The notes under the pieces are model-generated. The model did no database searches, was not told the origin of the DNA, and was given only the letters and a program-made list of their open reading frames with translations. Shown here in pieces: positions 58,340 to 64,000 of a DNA stretch of 64,000 nucleotides. The DNA is taken from NCBI GenBank assembly GCA_963703315.1, contig OY969811.1:3968001-4032000 (forward strand), read 5' to 3'. The position numbers and the translations under genes were made by a program. Every line of letters begins with the position of its first letter. Positions within the stretch are counted from its first letter, which is position 1. The stretch comes from an uncultured cyanobacterium. Its GTDB lineage: Bacteria > Cyanobacteriota > Cyanobacteriia > Pseudanabaenales > Pseudanabaenaceae.

Positions 58340-58438
58340 AGTAGCTAGGCATAAGTAAACTGAAACCTAGAAGCTTGTGCCGCCCGCGTAGCGGGCAGCA
58401 CAAGCTCTGGTTTTGGGTTTTAAATATGCTGAGCTACT
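58340..58438. mobile_element. MITE family B
   Basis: TA-flanked AGTAGC...GCTACT with GCGTAGC core. Confidence 0.8.
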
Positions 58439-58476
58439 TAGAAATCAAAATATGAAATCAACACCTTTAACAAAAA

Positions 58477-59193
58477 ATGGTTACAGCAACACCTACGACC
58501 GACACTAGCGCCCGTGAACTATTTCAGGCAGCTTACGAAAATCGATATACATGGGATAGCAACTTTCCGGGATTGACCGCTAATGTATCGGTAGCGATCG
58601 ATGGAGTAGCTCGTACAGGCAAAGCTCGGATTAATGGCGATCTATCGGTAGAAGTGAGCATGGATCAACCCCAACTAGTTGAGCGCACCACCCGCGCTCC
58701 TAGTGGCGAAGAAAAGACTGTTTCCGTTGATGAAGGTCAAGAATGGCTCTACAACCAACTGCGTGATGTGGTCACCCACCGCAAGCGTAAAACCTTTGAA
58801 GAGGCTCATGGCAAATCTGCATTTAACCTCGGTGCAACTGATGAGTCAGGAGCCGTAGAGATTTTAGTTACTGGCGACTCGATGGGATCGAACTACAAAG
58901 TACGTGGTAACGAAATCTCAATGGTTAGCCGCGTGATGGGACGGATTGGCTTTGTAATTAATCACCTCGGTCATCTGGATACTGGCGAAGGTTATATTTC
59001 CTCTCTTTATACTGCGGTGTTCCGTAATCCGCAAACTGATGAAATTGTGCGTCAAGCTCGTTTTGAAGATATCTACGAAAAGATTGGTAATTACTATGTG
59101 ATGACCAAACAAATTGTGCAGTCCAACGAGCAAGGTCAAACCAAAAACTATGAAATTATCTTCAGCGATATTCAACTAAGTACCTCGGCATAA
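58477..59193 (+). CDS. DUF3386 domain protein
   Basis: ARELFQAAYENRYTWD.NFPG, HRKRKTFEEAHG. Confidence 0.85.
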   Translation: MVTATPTTDTSARELFQAAYENRYTWDSNFPGLTANVSVAIDGVARTGKARINGDLSVEVSMDQPQLVERTTRAPSGEEKTVSVDEGQEWLYNQLRDVVTHRKRKTFEEAHGKSAFNLGATDESGAVEILVTGDSMGSNYKVRGNEISMVSRVMGRIGFVINHLGHLDTGEGYISSLYTAVFRNPQTDEIVRQARFEDIYEKIGNYYVMTKQIVQSNEQGQTKNYEIIFSDIQLSTSA

Positions 59194-59197
59194 TTCT

Positions 59198-59283
59198 AGA
59201 TCTAGCACCTGTAGCGCACGCGCAGCGTGCGCCACAGGTGCTAGATTTCTAAAAATGGCGTAGCCATTTTTAGTTTTGGTATA
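59198..59283. repeat. Family-B-like palindrome followed by a family A end
   Basis: ATCTAGCACCTGT.GCGCACGC-GCA-GCGTGCGC.ACAGGTGCTAGAT, then CTAAAAATGGCGTAGCCATTTTTAG. Confidence 0.7.
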
Positions 59284-59286
59284 AGA

Positions 59287-60171
59287 TTGTCAGTCAATGC
59301 GGTGGGTTGGGATAAGAGTGCAAAGAGCGATAGAAATGCAACTATGAAAGCTGATCTAGAGCGACTATTAATTTCTGAAGTGGAATTGCTGGAATTGACA
59401 GGATTTGACCGTCAGCAGTTTCGGCAAGCACATCAGTTTACCCCTCGACAGATCAAGATCCAAAAAGCGATCGCTTTGGCAACTACGGCGATCGCTTTTG
59501 TGACATTTACCAGTATCTTTTTGCCTGCATTACAACTGGTTGGAATTATCTTTTTGATTAGTCTTACCTTGGGAGCGTTGGGTTTGGCGATCGAGTTAGC
59601 TGAAGTGGCAGTGTTATGTTTTGTGGTGACCTTAGCCTCAGCATTTTACGCGATTTATCTTTTGGCAGGAACGACATTAGGTGTCATTCTCTTATGTCTT
59701 GGCTTAGCGATCGCTAGTGGTGGTTTTGCGCTATTACTCACGAAATTGACTCATCAACAATGGCAAAAATCGAAGGTTGCTAATTCTAAAAATGTGATTC
59801 CCCCAGTAGTCATGCGTCTATTTAGGGAAGTTGATAAATGCAATAAAACTATTCGCGATATTGATGTATTTGATCAGTTAAAAAATGCAGGAAATCCCAT
59901 TAAATTAGAGTCTAGGGATTCGGCGATCGCCGCTTTGCGAATGACTCGTAATGACATTACCAGAGCATTAAAAACAGAACGAATCTTGAGAGAAAATCCC
60001 GACTTTCATCCAGACCGTTTTGATATTGATCTGAATGCATTTGAAGCAATGCAGATGCAGGAACGGGCTAAGGAATATGGACGTATTTTTGATACAACTT
60101 TGCAAATTGCGATCGATGTTCAAAAAGCGATGTCTGAATTGCAGGAATTTACTTCAGATTCACCGCCTTAG
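59287..60171 (+). CDS. Hypothetical membrane protein
   Basis: TM helices, ALKTERILRENP; likely start at ATG 59344. Confidence 0.7.
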   Translation: MSVNAVGWDKSAKSDRNATMKADLERLLISEVELLELTGFDRQQFRQAHQFTPRQIKIQKAIALATTAIAFVTFTSIFLPALQLVGIIFLISLTLGALGLAIELAEVAVLCFVVTLASAFYAIYLLAGTTLGVILLCLGLAIASGGFALLLTKLTHQQWQKSKVANSKNVIPPVVMRLFREVDKCNKTIRDIDVFDQLKNAGNPIKLESRDSAIAALRMTRNDITRALKTERILRENPDFHPDRFDIDLNAFEAMQMQERAKEYGRIFDTTLQIAIDVQKAMSELQEFTSDSPP

Positions 60172-60196
60172 CAATTGCTGTACTAAACTACTTAAG

Positions 60197-60289
60197 TAGG
60201 ACTTACGCAAAGCTAACGAATTTATTGGGTTTTGGGTAGATGTGGCGCGGGCTTTGCCCGCGCCACATCTACCCAATGCGTAAGTCCTA
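60197..60289. mobile_element. MITE family C
   Basis: TIR TAGGACTTACGCA / TGCGTAAGTCCTA, internal palindrome. Confidence 0.8.
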
Positions 60290-60313
60290 TTAAGTTAGAA
60301 TAAGAAAATATTT

Positions 60314-60604
60314 ATGAATGATGATACAAGACTCGATAATTTGCTAGATGAAGACGAATTATTTCGTTTAGGGGGAAAAACATCTAATTTTGTAATCCTG
60401 TCTGCTGAGATTCGATATCAGCATATAAAAGTGGATGAATTAGAAAAACCCGTAGCTGCGATCGTCTATAACGGTTATACTTACAGCCTATTTCGGACTA
60501 GTACCGATTGGGCAGAAGTCGAAAAGCTAACTAATCGTCTATCCGCAGCTTATGTAATCACTGTGATTGCTAAAGGCTGGGCAATTTGGGTATTTGAATA
60601 TTAA
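60314..60604 (+). CDS. Hypothetical protein
   Basis: 96 aa ORF with ATG start, ends GWAIWVFE. Confidence 0.65.
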   Translation: MNDDTRLDNLLDEDELFRLGGKTSNFVILSAEIRYQHIKVDELEKPVAAIVYNGYTYSLFRTSTDWAEVEKLTNRLSAAYVITVIAKGWAIWVFEY

Positions 60605-60609
60605 AAGAC

Positions 60610-60759
60610 TAAGACTTACGCAGAAGTTGCTAAGACCCTCACCCCTAGCACCTCTCCCAAAAAGGGAGAGGTGAACAAGAAAAAGATTGTACTCCCCTTC
60701 TCCCTTTCTGGGAGAAGGGGTTGGGGGATGAGGGCAGTTTTTAACTTGCGTAAGTCCTA
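60610..60759. mobile_element. MITE family C with a different interior
   Basis: TAAGACTTACGCA ... TGCGTAAGTCCTA enclosing CCCTCA/TGAGGG nested hairpins. Confidence 0.75.
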
Positions 60760-60775
60760 AATCTCTTCTCTGTTA

Positions 60776-60876
60776 TACCAATTCACGAAAGTGTGACAAC
60801 ATTTTTGTGAATTGAAAACCAAACCCAGTAAGGGTTTTTAAAACTAAAAATGGCGTAGCCATTTTTAGTTTTGGTA
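60776..60876. mobile_element. MITE family A, full copy
   Basis: TACCAA...TTGGTA ends, two internal hairpins. Confidence 0.8.
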
Positions 60877-62772
60877 TTAATTGCGTTGTTCAAGAAGTTC
60901 TGCAAAAGCCTGTTCAAAGTCTTCGTTCATAATCCGTAAGTTTTCTAGCAAATTAGAATGATCGCGCTGATGGCGACGAATTGCAAAGATAGCTGCACGA
61001 TTACTTAAAAAGGCGAGATCGGCTCCGTTCCAATTTTCAGTTTTCTCTGCCCAAATTGCTAAATTGAGATCTGTTGCAAGGGGGCGATCGCGATTATGCA
61101 CTTCCAAAATTGAGCTGCGACTATCGCGATCGGGTAAATCCACCATCATGTGCAGTTCGATTCTGCCCGATCGCAGTAAGGCAGGATCGATAAAATCACG
61201 GCGATTAGTTGCACCGATTACTAATAATCCTTCTGCTGATTGCAAGCCATCGAGTTCTGTGAGTAATTGACCAATCACGCGATCGCTTACACCACTATCG
61301 CCTTGATAGCTGCCTCGCGCAGGGGCAAGGGTATCAATCTCATCGATAAAGATCACACAGGGAGAGGCTTGACGCGCTTGGGCAAATAGTTGTCTGATGG
61401 ATTGCTCGGAAGCTCCTACCCATTTGGTGAGCAATTCTGAACCTGCAACGGAAATGAAATTTGCTTGGGCTTGAGTGGCGATCGCCTTGGCAAGTAAAGT
61501 TTTGCCCGTTCCCGGAGGACCATAGAGCAGTACACCTCTTGGAGCCTTAGCGCGAGTATGGGCATAGAGAGCAGGATCGACTAATGCCCCAGCGACGGCT
61601 TCTTGGAGGGTTTGTTTAACTTTGGATAGTCCACCAATTTCTGACCATTGGACTTTAGGAACTTGAATTTGCAGTGATCGCAAGACGGCAGGTTGGACTT
61701 GTTTCAGGGCAACTTCAAAATCCTCGCGATTTACATCCAGATTCTCAGGAATATCGGTCACACTTGCCACTTGTCGCCGCAGTGCATTAGTTGCCGCCAC
61801 TTGGCAGAGTCCTTTAATATCGGCTCCCACATAGCCATAGGCGCGATCGGCAATATCATCCAAATCGACATCACCAGTCAAAGGCATCGATCGCGTATGG
61901 ATTTCCAGAATCTCACGACGAGCCTTGCGATCGGGAATGGGGAAAATAATCTCGCGATCGAACCTTCCGGGGCGACGGAGCGCAGGATCGATCGCATCAG
62001 GACGATTAGTTGCGGCTAAGACAATCACGCCTTTTGTTTCTGCAAATCCATCCATTAACCCCAATAATTGCGCTACGAGTCGCTTCTCAACTTCTCCTTC
62101 TACATTGGCGCGATTAGGAACGAGGGCATCAATCTCATCGATAAATATCAAACAAGGAGAAGATTTCGCGGCTTTCTCAAACACCTGTCGTAATCGAGTT
62201 TCTGCTTCACCATAGTATTTACTAATAATCTCAGGTCCCACGATCGCAATGTAATTGACACCTAAGACATTGGCAAGCGATCTCGCCGTCAAGGTTTTGC
62301 CAGTTCCCGGAGGACCCACCAATAACACGCCCTTGGGTGGTTCTAGTCCTAACTTGGCTAGCACATCAGGACGCTTAAGCGGAATCTCTACTAAATCGCG
62401 CAACTGTGCCAAAGTATCGCCTAAGCCGCCCACTAATTCCGCGATCGCTGTTGGTTTTGCCTTAGGAGAATTATCTTGCGGTGGTTCAGGTTTAACGACA
62501 TCAGGTGAAGTCACTTCACTATTGCCGCCTGTTGCCGTAGCAGCACGAGGCGATCTGGGAATATTACTACGACGGGGAATGCTTGATAAAGGACGAGTGC
62601 TGACATTTACTTCCGTATGAATTTCGCCCGATTTTTGCTTTTCGTCTAATTTTTGCGCCAGATCGATGAGTTGATCGAGATTTAGCAACTGCTTGACATC
62701 ATCTACCAGAGATTCTAGACCTTCGACTTTAAAAGCAAATTTGTCCTTAAAACTATCTTTGTCATTACTCAT
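60877..62772 (-). CDS. CDC48/VCP-like double AAA+ ATPase
   Basis: Two GPPGTGKT, two FIDEID, two second regions of homology (ATNRPD..DPALRRPGRFD; ATNRRD..DPALLRSGR). Confidence 0.92.
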   Translation of the reverse strand: MSNDKDSFKDKFAFKVEGLESLVDDVKQLLNLDQLIDLAQKLDEKQKSGEIHTEVNVSTRPLSSIPRRSNIPRSPRAATATGGNSEVTSPDVVKPEPPQDNSPKAKPTAIAELVGGLGDTLAQLRDLVEIPLKRPDVLAKLGLEPPKGVLLVGPPGTGKTLTARSLANVLGVNYIAIVGPEIISKYYGEAETRLRQVFEKAAKSSPCLIFIDEIDALVPNRANVEGEVEKRLVAQLLGLMDGFAETKGVIVLAATNRPDAIDPALRRPGRFDREIIFPIPDRKARREILEIHTRSMPLTGDVDLDDIADRAYGYVGADIKGLCQVAATNALRRQVASVTDIPENLDVNREDFEVALKQVQPAVLRSLQIQVPKVQWSEIGGLSKVKQTLQEAVAGALVDPALYAHTRAKAPRGVLLYGPPGTGKTLLAKAIATQAQANFISVAGSELLTKWVGASEQSIRQLFAQARQASPCVIFIDEIDTLAPARGSYQGDSGVSDRVIGQLLTELDGLQSAEGLLVIGATNRRDFIDPALLRSGRIELHMMVDLPDRDSRSSILEVHNRDRPLATDLNLAIWAEKTENWNGADLAFLSNRAAIFAIRRHQRDHSNLLENLRIMNEDFEQAFAELLEQRN

Positions 62773-62906
62773 CGATGCGGTTTCCTATGGCTAATCTTCG
62801 GGGCGGCGATTATATTCTATGTTAGTGCTGATTCTAACTCTGATGTAGGGGCGATCGCATCAGCATAAAGTACAGAAAGCCGTGCATTATCATCAATAAA
62901 AAATTT

Positions 62907-63329
62907 ATGACATCACCTCAAAGTGAAACTCCCTGCCAAGTCTTTGTCTATGGCACGCTCAAACCCAATGAAACCAATTATGACCAACATTGTGCTGGTA
63001 AAGTCATTGCTCAGCAACAGGCGATCGCCTATGGTGAATTATTTGCCCTGCCGATGGGTTATCCTGCAATGATTGTCGGTAATCATCAAGTTCATGGATA
63101 TCTGCTCTCATTTCCTGATGCAAGTATTTTAGAATCACTCGATGAGTTGGAAGATTATCAATGCGATCGCGATGCTGCTGAGAATTTATATAATCGCCAA
63201 CGGATAGAAGTTTTTGATTTGGAAAGAAATTCGCTGGGCATGGCATGGGCATATTTCATGACATGGGCGCAAGTGAGCAAGTTTCAAGGTATCGCTCAAA
63301 TTGATGGATGTTGGCATGGAGGTAATTGA
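62907..63329 (+). CDS. Gamma-glutamylcyclotransferase (AIG2-like)
   Basis: VFVYGTLK, GYPA, LDELE, AWAY. Confidence 0.9.
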   Translation: MTSPQSETPCQVFVYGTLKPNETNYDQHCAGKVIAQQQAIAYGELFALPMGYPAMIVGNHQVHGYLLSFPDASILESLDELEDYQCDRDAAENLYNRQRIEVFDLERNSLGMAWAYFMTWAQVSKFQGIAQIDGCWHGGN

Positions 63330-63604
63330 TGAAGAGTTCGCCTGATGGAAGAGATTCGCTATTGGATGTAATTGTTATTGCGCGATCGGGGTATTCAGTA
63401 AGAATTTTTAATTCGTTCATAGTCAAGTAATGATAGTGGTCTGCTGTTATTTTAGCTTTTTTAGATCGTGGCGATCGCTAGTCACATCACTTTTTAGGCA
63501 AATAGGCGATCGCGCTTTGCTACTTATCAAATTGTGTTGTCTTTGCCGTTGGCGATGCTAAAGTATTATGAAAGCTTGTAGTAGTAATAGATGAGGAAGT
63601 AACT

Positions 63605-63889
63605 ATGACTCTTACTCTTGACCTTCCACCAAATTTAGAAATCTCGTTATTTCAAGCAGCTAATCAACAAAGTCTTACTGTTGAAGAGTTTGTGATTCAA
63701 ATGTTGACATCTGCTTTTACTGAGAAAGAGAGACAGAAGAAAGCTGTAAGTTTATTAGAGTCTTGGTTAAGTGATGCTGATATTGAAGAACAAAAAATAA
63801 CGGGTGCATACTTGATTGAGGCGTTGGATCAAGATAGGCTATCCGATCGCTTGTTATTTCCTGATGAAATGAAAGGTAAGTCTTGGTGA
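63605..63889 (+). CDS. Putative RHH antitoxin
   Basis: MTLTLDLPPNLE..L; GTGA overlap with the next gene. Confidence 0.7.
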   Translation: MTLTLDLPPNLEISLFQAANQQSLTVEEFVIQMLTSAFTEKERQKKAVSLLESWLSDADIEEQKITGAYLIEALDQDRLSDRLLFPDEMKGKSW

Positions 63890-64000
63890 AAAAGTCTGTT
63901 TTTCTCGATTCTGGAGTCATCGGGCTGATTACCAATCCCAATCTGTCCGCAGAAGGTATAAATTGTGCTAAGTGGCTTCTATCGCATATCAATAAAGGGG
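63886..64000 (+). CDS. PIN-domain protein, 5' part only (runs off the window)
   Basis: MKKSVFLDSGVIGLITNP. Confidence 0.75.
   Translation, partial: MKKSVFLDSGVIGLITNPNLSAEGINCAKWLLSHINKG

Noticed and set aside
63329..63600. Gene remnant or junction repeat before the last TA pair
   Set aside because: HIP1-rich, but no convincing match to the 82-bp junction and no identifiable reading frame
1..64000. tRNA/rRNA genes, prophage, integron integrase, reverse transcriptase
   Set aside because: No recognisable signatures by eye; tRNAscan-SE and Rfam searches would be needed to exclude small RNAs

Overview
Cyanobacterial chromosomal window. The HIP1 octamer GCGATCGC is very dense and there are cyanobacteria-specific genes (ldpA, ycf45-like, PatA-type regulator, xisH/xisI); a Pseudanabaena-like host is my inference only. 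Housekeeping genes (topA, prk, dusB, purL, lptC) are interleaved with a type I secretion locus plus an RTX-tailed PhoX-like phosphatase and several accessory or defence patches. (1) 16.97-25.06 kb: a 131-bp hairpin tandem array, then a type I restriction-modification locus (fused HsdM-HsdS and HsdR) with toxin-antitoxin (TA) cassettes between them, each junction marked by inverted heptamer repeats. (2) 39.6-42.0 kb: a HIP1-free, overlapping three-gene ATPase operon of unknown function. (3) 45.8-53.4 kb: an array of cassettes separated by a HIP1-containing junction repeat, in which antitoxins are intact but toxins are deleted, followed by an AbiTii-like gene and an IS1634 inserted in xisI. A 218-bp MITE with the IS1634 ends disrupts a small membrane gene at 27.6-28.1 kb. 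Intergenic DNA holds several families of TA-dinucleotide-flanked palindromic MITE/REP-like elements. I saw no CRISPR array, rRNA or tRNA. All family calls come from motif recognition by eye; no database search was run.
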